Shown: positions 31,241-39,957 of the stretch, piece after piece
Position numbering within the stretch: position 1 is the stretch's first letter
Layout of the letters: every line of letters starts with the position of its first letter
NCBI GenBank assembly: GCA_033763315.1
Contig: JANRKS010000032.1
Location: forward strand, 288,001 to 352,000
From: Deltaproteobacteria bacterium
GTDB lineage: Bacteria > Myxococcota_A > Polyangia > Fen-1088
Reading direction: 5' to 3'
DNA: 64,000 bases
Program-made: the position numbers and the translations under genes
Notes under the pieces: model-generated
What the model was told of the DNA's origin: nothing
Database searches by the model: none
What the model saw: only the letters and a program-made list of their open reading frames with translations

Positions 31241-32287
31241 ATGCTGGCAATGGCATTTCGTGTGCGGCTGCTTGTGTCTGTGTGTGCTGCCGTGGGTTCG
31301 TTCATCCTACCTTGCGCACGGCTGGCTCTCGCACAGTCACCAAAGACAGTCCAGCGTGTGGCCGTGGTTCGTATGCACTATCAAGGCGACGTGCCCCCCG
31401 GCCACCGCGAGGCCTTCAGCGCCCGCTTGGTTGAAGGCTTGGCTATGGCGTCGTTCGAGGTGTTTTCGGGCTCGCCGGTTGAACGCAAACTGTCCGACCG
31501 CCAACTGCAAAAGTGCGACAACGTCGATTGTTACCCCAAGGTCGCCGACACGCTTGAGGTTGGGTACCTTGTGGTGGGCAGCATTGAAGAATCAAACAAG
31601 AACTACGAGATCTCACTTGAGATTATCAACGGCCGCACGGGCGCCAGCATCGGCAACAGCCGCGAGCGCTGTGAAACCTGCGGCATGGCAGAAGCGGCAG
31701 AGAAGGTGGGGTTGGCCGCATCGGCGTTGCGCACACGTTTAGAAGCGCTTTCAAGCACGCCATCGCGCGTGGTGTTGCGCAGCCGTCCCGCGGGCGCCTT
31801 GGCCACCGTGGATGGCAAAACCGTCGGCGAAACCCCCACAGATCTCGAGCTGCCCGGTGGCATTCACACGCTCACGCTGCACAAGGATGGCTACAATAGA
31901 GTCGAACGCACGTTTACCGTTGTCAGCGGCGTGGATGAGACACTTAACCTTGAGATGCTCAAGCCTCCCAGCCAATTTTCTTATCGAGGTTGGGGGTGGA
32001 CGGCTGTGGCCGCCGGCGTGGCGATGATGGCGGCTGGTGTTTATGCGGGTGCAGTCGATGGCAAGCTCATCGCGTGCCAGCCCGCAGAACGAGACATCAA
32101 CGGTTTGTGCCCGAACGTGCGCGACACTGATGCATTGGCGCTGGCGTTCATGGGCGTGGGAGCGGCTTCGGCCACGATGGGGGGCGTGTGGCTTTGGATT
32201 GCCAGCCAACAGGCCCCGGCCGAAGCCACCGCACCCTCACCGCAAACAAGCCGCTTGTGGGGGATGGGTTGGCGCGGCCAGTTCTAA
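31241..32287 (+). CDS. PEGA-domain protein with predicted outer-membrane C-terminus
   Basis: Signal peptide; SRPAGALATVDGKTVGETP..G.HTLTLHKDGY (PEGA); hydrophobic hairpin; terminal GMGWRGQF. Confidence 0.85.
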   Translation: MLAMAFRVRLLVSVCAAVGSFILPCARLALAQSPKTVQRVAVVRMHYQGDVPPGHREAFSARLVEGLAMASFEVFSGSPVERKLSDRQLQKCDNVDCYPKVADTLEVGYLVVGSIEESNKNYEISLEIINGRTGASIGNSRERCETCGMAEAAEKVGLAASALRTRLEALSSTPSRVVLRSRPAGALATVDGKTVGETPTDLELPGGIHTLTLHKDGYNRVERTFTVVSGVDETLNLEMLKPPSQFSYRGWGWTAVAAGVAMMAAGVYAGAVDGKLIACQPAERDINGLCPNVRDTDALALAFMGVGAASATMGGVWLWIASQQAPAEATAPSPQTSRLWGMGWRGQF

Positions 32288-32303
32288 GCCGTTTGCCTCA
32301 TGG

Positions 32304-34517
32304 TTACTGCGCCAGTTTGGCGTTTACGCGCGCAAGCCGTGCCGTGATCTGTGCGTTCTTGCCGCCTGCCAATTGGGCCGCGGTTTCATACGCCGTTTTC
32401 GCTTCGGCAAAACGCAGCAGTTTGAAATACGCGTCGCCCAGGACCATGTGAGGTTTCGGGGCTCTCGGTGACAGGCGCGTGGCCCGGCGCGCGTAGTCCA
32501 ATGCTGCGGTGTAATCCGAGCGCTCAAAGGCCACTTCAGCCAGTCCACCCACCGCGTCCCCACTTAATGGGTCAGCGCGAAGGGCTTTATTGAAGTTTGT
32601 TTGCGCCGCCGCGTAATCACCGTCGTTCATCGCGGCCAAAGCCACTTTGATCGCGGCCGCTGCAGCGTTCACATCACGCGCAACGGCTTCGTCGGCGTTT
32701 GCTGTGTCGCCCTTGGTCTTGCGGCCGTCTTTGCCTTTGCTGGCCTTGCCGGTTTTGTTGTCTTGCGGCTCGGGCGGCTTCTCTGCCACGGGCGGCGCCA
32801 CTGCGGCGGGCGGTGGCTCTTGCAGCCTAGATCGCGTTTGTGCTTCCAGGTCTTGGGGATCCACCATCAGCACAAGTTGGTAAAGCGATCGGCCCTGGCG
32901 GTGATCACCACGGTCCCAGGCTGCGCCTGCTTGTTGGCGAAGCGCGTCCGCCAACCTCGCCGTGACTTGCCCCTCTTTGTCGAGATCGGTGGCCTTTGTC
33001 AACGACAAGCGTGCTTCGGAGAAGCGGCCCGCTTTTGCCGATAGAAAGCCCGATGTGGCCGCTTCACGCAGTTCATCGCGCGGCGGTGGTGCCGGCGGTG
33101 GCGCTCCCTTGCTGGGGCGCTTCGAAAGGGCCTGGCGTTCAGCCGCAGTTAGTTCCGCCTTGCGCGCCAACTCTGCGTCGTCGGGTCGAAACTGCAGTGC
33201 CTCTTTGTATTTCACGATCGCCAAGTCACGCAGTCCTGCGTTGAGCAGATCATCGCCTGTGGCATTGAGTGCGGAGGCATAGGCTTTGCGCAAGCTTTGT
33301 GCGCCCAGCGACGTAACCTTCAACTCGGCCGCCACGGCTTCGGCTTGTGCGATGTAGTAAAGCGCTGAATCTGTGGCGGGCGCAACGAAGTGTTGGGCGC
33401 GCCCGGCCTTGTCGGCTTTTTCAAGCAGTTGGCCCACGCGTTCAGGCTCATCGGTGTTCGTCACTGGCACGCGCACAACCACTTCGCGGGGCGCGCGAAT
33501 GAAGCCAAAATAGACGGCCACGAAGATCGCCAGCAGCGCCACCCCCACCGCGGCCAGCAGCAAGCCTTTGCGCTGCACTCCCCGGCCGGGCATGCGCGAA
33601 GCCAAACGCGCCCGCCATTCGTCGTCCACCGAGGGCAGCGCCAAAACATCGTCCCACGCTGTGGCGAAACCACCTTCGATTTGCGCCTCACACAGCAACG
33701 CTTCCACCACGTCCATGCGTTGCGGACGCAAGTCGGGATCCTTCGACAACATCTGCAGCACCACTTGCTCAAGGCGTGGCGGCAAATCGGGCACAATCTC
33801 TGTGGGCGGCCGGGGCCGATCGCTGACCTGCTTGCGCAGCACCAGCACCGGGTCGTCCCCCGCAAATGGCACCTGCCCTGTCAACATCTCGTATGCCATC
33901 ACGCCCAGGCTGTAGATGTCGCTGCGGTGATCGTAGCCAGCTCCCGTGGCGCGCTCAGGCGGGATGTATTCCGGCGTGCCAGCGATTTTTTCTTCGCGCC
34001 CGCCTTGGTCCAAGAGGCCCGCGATGCCGAAGTCCACAACCTTGACCGCGTCTTGACGCTGCTGATCCGCCAGCAGCATGACGTTGTCGGGTTTTACATC
34101 CAGGTGGATGATCCCTTTGTCGTGCGCGGCGCCAAGCGCTTTGCATACCTGCCGCAGAATCGGCAAGGCACGGGCGGGCGACATGACCCGCTCCGCATCC
34201 AGCACCTGTGCCAACGACTGGCCGTGCAGGAACTCCATGACGAAGAACACTTGGCCATCGGGCAAGGCGCCAAAATCCGTGACGTCGCAGATGTAGGGGC
34301 TGCCGATTTTGGAAGCGGCCCGCGCTTCTTGACGGAAACGTTCAACCGCCTCGGGCACCTGTGCGATTTCGGGGAGAAGCGTCTTGAGCGCCACGCGCTT
34401 TTCAAGATCGATGTGCTCCGCGGCGTAGATCGCGCCCATGGCGCCTTCACCCACCCGCGACAGCACGCGGTAACGGGTTCCCGGAATCACATCGCCAGGG
34501 GATAGGTGGGCCGTCAT
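32304..34517 (-). CDS. Membrane Ser/Thr protein kinase with extracytoplasmic TPRs
   Basis: GEGAMG; ALK; HLDVKPDN; DFG; GTPEYIPPE; one TM helix (LLLAAVGVALLAIFVAVYFGF); C-terminal TPRs. Confidence 0.92.
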   Translation of the reverse strand: MTAHLSPGDVIPGTRYRVLSRVGEGAMGAIYAAEHIDLEKRVALKTLLPEIAQVPEAVERFRQEARAASKIGSPYICDVTDFGALPDGQVFFVMEFLHGQSLAQVLDAERVMSPARALPILRQVCKALGAAHDKGIIHLDVKPDNVMLLADQQRQDAVKVVDFGIAGLLDQGGREEKIAGTPEYIPPERATGAGYDHRSDIYSLGVMAYEMLTGQVPFAGDDPVLVLRKQVSDRPRPPTEIVPDLPPRLEQVVLQMLSKDPDLRPQRMDVVEALLCEAQIEGGFATAWDDVLALPSVDDEWRARLASRMPGRGVQRKGLLLAAVGVALLAIFVAVYFGFIRAPREVVVRVPVTNTDEPERVGQLLEKADKAGRAQHFVAPATDSALYYIAQAEAVAAELKVTSLGAQSLRKAYASALNATGDDLLNAGLRDLAIVKYKEALQFRPDDAELARKAELTAAERQALSKRPSKGAPPPAPPPRDELREAATSGFLSAKAGRFSEARLSLTKATDLDKEGQVTARLADALRQQAGAAWDRGDHRQGRSLYQLVLMVDPQDLEAQTRSRLQEPPPAAVAPPVAEKPPEPQDNKTGKASKGKDGRKTKGDTANADEAVARDVNAAAAAIKVALAAMNDGDYAAAQTNFNKALRADPLSGDAVGGLAEVAFERSDYTAALDYARRATRLSPRAPKPHMVLGDAYFKLLRFAEAKTAYETAAQLAGGKNAQITARLARVNAKLAQ

Positions 34518-34587
34518 CTAAACGCAATTGCCTCCAGGCCACTGTACCATTGCACGTTGCCGCCGCCCTACCGCCCGTCGAGCGGAC

Positions 34588-34624
34588 AAAAAAAAGCCCA
34601 ACTCTCGTGAAAGAGCTGGGCTTT
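34588..34624 (-). terminator. Intrinsic terminator after the small lipoprotein gene
   Basis: Hairpin AAAGCCCA..CTCT..AGAG..TGGGCTTT with an A8 tract (U-tail on the minus strand). Confidence 0.75.
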
Positions 34625-34676
34625 CCTTTCCCTTTTGCTGACCGACTTAGAGACTAAGCCGGAAACGGGACGGGTA

Positions 34677-34931
34677 TTAGCCGTTGGTCGAAGCGTCGCC
34701 AGCGTCAGCTGTTTGCGCGTCGGTAGCGGCATCTGTGCCCGAGTCGAGCTTAGGTGCAGCGTCCAGTTTGGGGCCTGGGGTTGTGTCGCCCACAGAGGTG
34801 TCAACGGAACCGTCGCCGGCCGCTGCATCCGTCGGCGATTCTCCACCGTCGTCGTCGCAGCCCACGAGGGCCAACGGCAACGCGAGGACGGCTGTTAGGC
34901 CAAGGATCTTGAATAGTGTATTAAGGCGCAT
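34677..34931 (-). CDS. Small acidic, disordered lipoprotein (84 aa)
   Basis: GAAGGAG RBS; MRLNTLFKILGLTAVLALPLALVGC lipobox; Asp/Ala/Thr/Gly tail; own terminator. Confidence 0.8.
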   Translation of the reverse strand: MRLNTLFKILGLTAVLALPLALVGCDDDGGESPTDAAAGDGSVDTSVGDTTPGPKLDAAPKLDSGTDAATDAQTADAGDASTNG

Positions 34932-35063
34932 TTTCTTTAGGTCTCCTTCCAACAAATCAGCAAAAGTCTCGTGAAAAGTCGCGAGGAAATTACACAGCCG
35001 GGGGCACATTGTCCACATTTTTTCGGCATGCGCCATCGTTTAACCCGATATGTGTTTCCAAGG

Positions 35064-35852
35064 TTAACGCCCGTCTAACCCGTTGTTTCTTAAGGCCGTC
35101 TCCGTGTTTCTAAGGGCGAGAACGACACTCACGACCCAGTTAGACATGACATAAAAGTAGGAAGTCATGGCAAAATCGGGTCTCCATCCGTCGGGGACGA
35201 GGCGTGTCTGAACTTGGTAAAATTCGCTCATTCGCACGCCGATTGGCACGTCAACCTGGGCTTCTTGGAACCCGAAAAAGCGCTGTGCCAGGGGGTGCCC
35301 GGCCTTGTACACCGCCTCCTTTATGGAGAACGCGCGCCGGGCGTAGGTCATTCGCTCCCCGTCGGTGGTGCCGGTCACGGCGGCGAGTTCCTCGGCACGG
35401 AGCACCCGCCGGCTGATGTCTATCTGTCCGGGGCCGTCGTGTTCAAGGTCGATGCCCAAGGCACCTTCGCCGGTCGCCACCTGCGCCACGGCGATCGCTA
35501 ACGTGGATTTGTGGCTGATCGACCCCCACGCCCCGGTCGGCAACCGCGGCGCGCCTGATTCGTTTGTCAGGATCGCCGCGGCGGCATCCACACCCGCGGC
35601 TCGCAGTGCCGCGCGCAAGGCGAGGCGGCCGCCCACATATGTGCGCGCCCGGTGCTCCGACATGTCGGCCGCCGCGGCCGCTTCGTCGGGGTGAAGGCGC
35701 GCCAGGGTCTGCTCGTCGGCGCGGCCGTGCTCGGGCAAGCGCACGGCCACACAAGGGCCAAGCGGAGAGCTCAGCCGGAAGGCTTCCTCGAACGGCGCTG
35801 CGTTCGCGTCGCCCGGATGGTTTGTGCCGTCTGATTTCACCGCCGCCCCCAT
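35064..35852 (-). CDS. 4'-phosphopantetheinyl transferase (EntD/Sfp-like)
   Basis: LHPDE; GGRLALR; GSISHK; LGIDLE; FSIKEAVYKA. Confidence 0.9.
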   Translation of the reverse strand: MGAAVKSDGTNHPGDANAAPFEEAFRLSSPLGPCVAVRLPEHGRADEQTLARLHPDEAAAAADMSEHRARTYVGGRLALRAALRAAGVDAAAAILTNESGAPRLPTGAWGSISHKSTLAIAVAQVATGEGALGIDLEHDGPGQIDISRRVLRAEELAAVTGTTDGERMTYARRAFSIKEAVYKAGHPLAQRFFGFQEAQVDVPIGVRMSEFYQVQTRLVPDGWRPDFAMTSYFYVMSNWVVSVVLALRNTETALRNNGLDGR

Positions 35853-35914
35853 CTACCACGCGCTTTCGGGCCGTGGTGACCGCAGCCTTGCGCCACGCCG
35901 GGGCCTGGGCCATA

Positions 35915-35941
35915 TTCATCCGTTAATCTGGATGAACGGAT
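35915..35941. promoter_or_regulatory. Palindromic operator upstream of metH
   Basis: TTCATCC-N8-GGATGAA (35915-35936) overlapping ATCCGTT-N10-AACGGAT (35918-35941), in the divergent intergenic region. Confidence 0.55.
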
Positions 35942-36013
35942 ATATGCCGAGGCGGGCCCGCCCACCCCGGTTGTGCCAAATCGACCTTTTCGCCGTATGA
36001 CCAAGGCCTCCCG

Positions 36014-39000
36014 ATGATTCACCCGCTCAAGAAGATCCTCGCCAACCGCATCGCCATCATCGATGGCGCCATGGGCACCACCATCCGCACCTACGGCAAA
36101 ACCGAAGCCGACATCCGCGGCACGCGTTTCGCCGCTTCGAAGAAAGATTTGCTCAACAACGGCGATCTGTTTTCGCTGACGCAGCCCGAAATGATCTGCG
36201 ACATCCACCGCCGCTTCTTGGAGGCGGGGGCGGACATCGTTGAAACGAACACCTTCGGCGCCACCAGCATTTCGCAAAGCGAGTTCTTCGTGGACGATCC
36301 GCGCGAGCATGGCGGCCGTAAAGATCCTGCGTTTTATCAAGCCATCATTGACGACAAGTTCCTCAACGACCTGGCGTGGGAGATCAACGAGACCTCGGCA
36401 CGGCAGTGCCGCGAGTGGGCCGATCGGGTGGCCAACAAAGACGGGCGCCAGCGGTTCGTGGCCGGCGCCATTGGTCCGTTGACGGTTTCGCTTTCGAATT
36501 CTCCCGACGCCGACGACGCGGGCTTTCGTGTGATGACGTTTGATCAGGTCAAAGCCGCGTACATTCACCAAGTGCGCGCGTTGATCGCGGGCGGCAGCGA
36601 TGTGTTGCTGGTTGAGACAATCTTCGATTCGCTGAACGCCAAAGCCGCCTTGGTGGCCATTCGCGAAGTGTTCGATGCCGACGGCAAAGAATTGCCGGTG
36701 ATGGTTTCCGCAGCTGTCGGCCGCGGGGGCGAAACGATGATCTCCGCGCAGACGGTCGAGGCGCTGTGGAACTCGATCAAACACGTCAAGCCGTTGTCGG
36801 TGGGCCTTAACTGCTCGCTGGGGCCGGACTTGATGTATCCGTTCTTGGAAGAGCTGGCGCACAAGTCAGACGCAGCGATCTCCTGTTATCCGAACGCGGG
36901 TTTGCCAAACCCGTTGTCACCCACAGGGTTTGATCTTGAACCGCCTGACATGGCGCGCTTCTTGTCACAGTTCGCGCAATCGGGGCTCATCAACATCGCC
37001 GGTGGCTGTTGTGGCAACACGCCCGAACACATCGCCGCAATCGCCAAAGCATTGGATGGCCGCCATCCGCGTGAATTCGCGGAGGCCGCAAGCACCAAGG
37101 TGATTTCGGTGCCCGCTGATGTGCGGCCGCTGCGCCTCTCCGGCTCGCAGCCGTTTACCCAGCAGCCCGGCGTTTACATGATGATCGGCGAGCGCACGAA
37201 TGTGGCCGGCTCGCCCAAGTTCGCAAAGCTCATCAAGGAAGGCAATTACGCCGAAGCCGTCAGCATCGCTGTGCAACAGGTGGAAAACGGCGCCAACGTG
37301 ATCGACGTGTGCATGGACGAAGGCATGATCGACGGCGTGGCCGCGATGACGCGCTTCTTGCTGCTGCTTGGCAGCGAGCCCGACGTGGCCAAGTCGCCCA
37401 TCATGGTGGATTCGTCTAAATGGGAAGTGATCGAGGCGGGGCTCAAATGCTTGCAAGGCAAAGGCATCGTCAATTCGATCTCGCTTAAAGAAGGCGAAGA
37501 GAGATTCAAACAGAACGCCCGCACGGTGCTCAAGTACGGTGCCGCCGTGGTGGTGATGGCCTTCGATGAACAGGGCCAAGCCGCCACGCTGCAAGACAAG
37601 ATCCGCATCTGCGAACGGGCTTACCGCATCCTGGTGGATGAGGTGGGCTTTCCACCTGAAGACATTATTTTCGATCCCAACATCCTCACCGTGGCCACGG
37701 GCATGGAGGAGCACAACAATTACGCGGTGGATTTCATCGAGGCCACGCGCTGGATCAAGGCGAATCTGCCGCACGCGAAGGTCAGCGGTGGCGTTTCAAA
37801 TATCTCATTCAGCTTCCGCGGCAACAACCGCGTGCGTGAAGCCATGCACTCTGCCTTCCTTTACCACGCGATCGCGGCCGGCATGGATATGGGCATTGTG
37901 AACGCCGGCATGCTGGAGGTTTACGAAGAGATCGATCCCGAGCTCAAGGAGCTGGTGGAAGACGTGCTGCTCAACCGCCGCCCTGACGCCACCGAACGCT
38001 TGGTGGATTTTGGCGAGAAGCTCAAAGCTCAAGGCCAAGGTGGCGCCGCCGGCACAGGTGAGAAGAAGGAAGAGGAATGGCGCAAGGGCACTGTGGAAGA
38101 GCGCCTGTCGCACGCGCTTGTCAAGGGCATTGATGCGTTCATCGATGCCGATACCGAAGAAGCACGCGCCAAACTTGGCCGCCCGCTGGCGGTGATCGAA
38201 GGCCCGCTGATGGACGGCATGGGCGTGGTGGGCGATTTGTTCGGCGCCGGCAAAATGTTTTTGCCTCAGGTGGTCAAATCGGCGCGCGTGATGAAAAAGG
38301 CCGTGGCGTATCTGACGCCATTTATGGAAGCCGAAAAGGCCGCCATGGAAGCCGCAGGTCAAACGGTGAAAACCCAAGGCAAGATTGTGTTGGCCACCGT
38401 GAAGGGCGACGTTCACGACATTGGCAAAAACATCGTAGGCGTGGTCTTGGCGTGCAACAACTATGAAGTCTTCGACATGGGCGTCATGGTTTCGAGCGAG
38501 AAGATCTTGGCGAAGGCCAAAGAGGTCAAGGCTGATCTCATTGGTCTGTCTGGCCTCATCACGCCTTCACTGGACGAGATGGTGCACGTGGCGCGCGAGA
38601 TGGAACGCCAAGGCTTCACTTTGCCATTGCTGATCGGTGGCGCCACCACAAGCCGCGCCCACACGGCGGTGAAAATCGCGCAACACTACAGCCAACCCGT
38701 GGTGCACGTGCTTGATGCCAGCCGCGCGGTGCCGGTGACCACCAGCTTGCTCAGCGATGAACACAAGCCGGCGTTCGTGGCAGAACACAACGCCGAATAC
38801 GAACGCTTGCGGCAACTGCATTCGGGCCCCAAGCACAAACTGGCCAGCCTGCAAGAAGCGCGCGCCCGTCGCTCGCCCATCGAATGGCGCGCCGAAGACG
38901 TGCCGCAGCCTTCGTTCACGGGCGTTCGCGTGCTGAACGATTTCCCCTTGGCCACATTGCGCGAGTACATCGATTGGACGCCGTTTTTCCACACGTGGGA

Positions 39001-39820
39001 ACTCAAGGGCGTGTACCCGCGCATCCTTGAGCACGAAAAGTATGGTGAGCAAGCGCGGCAGATCTTTGCCGACGCGAACGCGTTGTTGGATCAGATCATC
39101 GCGAACAAGCTGATTCGTGCCAGCGGCGTGTATGGCATCTTTGCTGCAAACGCTGTGGGCGACAGCGTGGAGCTTTACACCGACGAGACCCGCACGAAAG
39201 TGCACGACCATTTGCACTTCTTGCGGCAACAGAACGACAAGCCAGGCGAGCCTTGCCGCAGCCTTGCCGATTTCGTGGCACCTAGGAGCACAGGTCTGCG
39301 AGATCACGTGGGCGGCTTTGCGGTCACGAGCGGCTTGGGCCTCAAAGAGTTGGTGGAAGGCTACAAGGCCCGTCACGACGACTACAACGCGATCATGGCC
39401 GAAGCGGTGGCCGATCGTTTGGCAGAGGCGTTCGCCGAATGTTTGCACAAGCGCGTGCGGGATGAATGGGGCTATGGCGCAAACGAAGGCTTGGCGCCCG
39501 AGGATCTCATCGCCGAGAAATACCGAGGCATTCGCCCGGCGGCCGGTTATCCCGCGTGCCCTGATCACACGGAAAAGGGCACCTTGTGGCGCCTGCTAAA
39601 TGTGGAAGCAAACACGGGCATCACGCTGACGGAATCGTACGCCATGTGGCCGGGTTCAAGCGTCAGCGGGCTTTACTTCGCCCACCCGGCGTCTCGTTAC
39701 TTCAGCTTGGGTAAGATCGATCGCGATCAGGTGGAGGATTACCACCAACGCAAAGGCCTCACGGTGGCCGAAGTGGAGCGATGGCTGGGCCCGAACTTGA
39801 ATTACGATCCGGGCCGTTAA
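36014..39820 (+). CDS. metH: Cobalamin-dependent methionine synthase
   Basis: IDGAMGT; GGCCG; [10 protein letters not shown]; DVHDIGKN (B12-binding); [12 protein letters not shown]. Confidence 0.98.
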   Translation: MIHPLKKILANRIAIIDGAMGTTIRTYGKTEADIRGTRFAASKKDLLNNGDLFSLTQPEMICDIHRRFLEAGADIVETNTFGATSISQSEFFVDDPREHGGRKDPAFYQAIIDDKFLNDLAWEINETSARQCREWADRVANKDGRQRFVAGAIGPLTVSLSNSPDADDAGFRVMTFDQVKAAYIHQVRALIAGGSDVLLVETIFDSLNAKAALVAIREVFDADGKELPVMVSAAVGRGGETMISAQTVEALWNSIKHVKPLSVGLNCSLGPDLMYPFLEELAHKSDAAISCYPNAGLPNPLSPTGFDLEPPDMARFLSQFAQSGLINIAGGCCGNTPEHIAAIAKALDGRHPREFAEAASTKVISVPADVRPLRLSGSQPFTQQPGVYMMIGERTNVAGSPKFAKLIKEGNYAEAVSIAVQQVENGANVIDVCMDEGMIDGVAAMTRFLLLLGSEPDVAKSPIMVDSSKWEVIEAGLKCLQGKGIVNSISLKEGEERFKQNARTVLKYGAAVVVMAFDEQGQAATLQDKIRICERAYRILVDEVGFPPEDIIFDPNILTVATGMEEHNNYAVDFIEATRWIKANLPHAKVSGGVSNISFSFRGNNRVREAMHSAFLYHAIAAGMDMGIVNAGMLEVYEEIDPELKELVEDVLLNRRPDATERLVDFGEKLKAQGQGGAAGTGEKKEEEWRKGTVEERLSHALVKGIDAFIDADTEEARAKLGRPLAVIEGPLMDGMGVVGDLFGAGKMFLPQVVKSARVMKKAVAYLTPFMEAEKAAMEAAGQTVKTQGKIVLATVKGDVHDIGKNIVGVVLACNNYEVFDMGVMVSSEKILAKAKEVKADLIGLSGLITPSLDEMVHVAREMERQGFTLPLLIGGATTSRAHTAVKIAQHYSQPVVHVLDASRAVPVTTSLLSDEHKPAFVAEHNAEYERLRQLHSGPKHKLASLQEARARRSPIEWRAEDVPQPSFTGVRVLNDFPLATLREYIDWTPFFHTWELKGVYPRILEHEKYGEQARQIFADANALLDQIIANKLIRASGVYGIFAANAVGDSVELYTDETRTKVHDHLHFLRQQNDKPGEPCRSLADFVAPRSTGLRDHVGGFAVTSGLGLKELVEGYKARHDDYNAIMAEAVADRLAEAFAECLHKRVRDEWGYGANEGLAPEDLIAEKYRGIRPAAGYPACPDHTEKGTLWRLLNVEANTGITLTESYAMWPGSSVSGLYFAHPASRYFSLGKIDRDQVEDYHQRKGLTVAEVERWLGPNLNYDPGR

Positions 39821-39877
39821 CATCATATTGGGCCTGTTTGAGCGTCTCGGTGCCGTAACACGGACCCGTTGGGCGAC

Positions 39878-39911
39878 GCGGGATGTCGGGCAAATTCCCG
39901 CCGCATCCCGC
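39878..39911 (+). terminator. GC-rich hairpin after metH (possible terminator or stabiliser)
   Basis: GCGGGATG...CATCCCGC with inner CGGG/CCCG; no U-tract. Confidence 0.45.
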
Positions 39912-39957
39912 TGGGTTAACTTGGGTGCTTTAGCGGTGGGCAGGAAATGCCGAATGC

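Noticed and set aside
35002-35015. TGGACAATGTGCCC (minus strand) upstream of the small lipoprotein, 10/14 identical to the palindrome at 48638
   Set aside because: A single short match with no correctly spaced -24/-12 downstream; too weak to claim co-regulation.
35064-35852. PPTase as a sign of a secondary-metabolite cluster
   Set aside because: No NRPS, PKS or carrier-protein genes nearby; stand-alone PPTases are ordinary.
35853-36013. Cobalamin or SAM riboswitch before metH
   Set aside because: The gap is only ~160 nt and I could not find the conserved core motifs.
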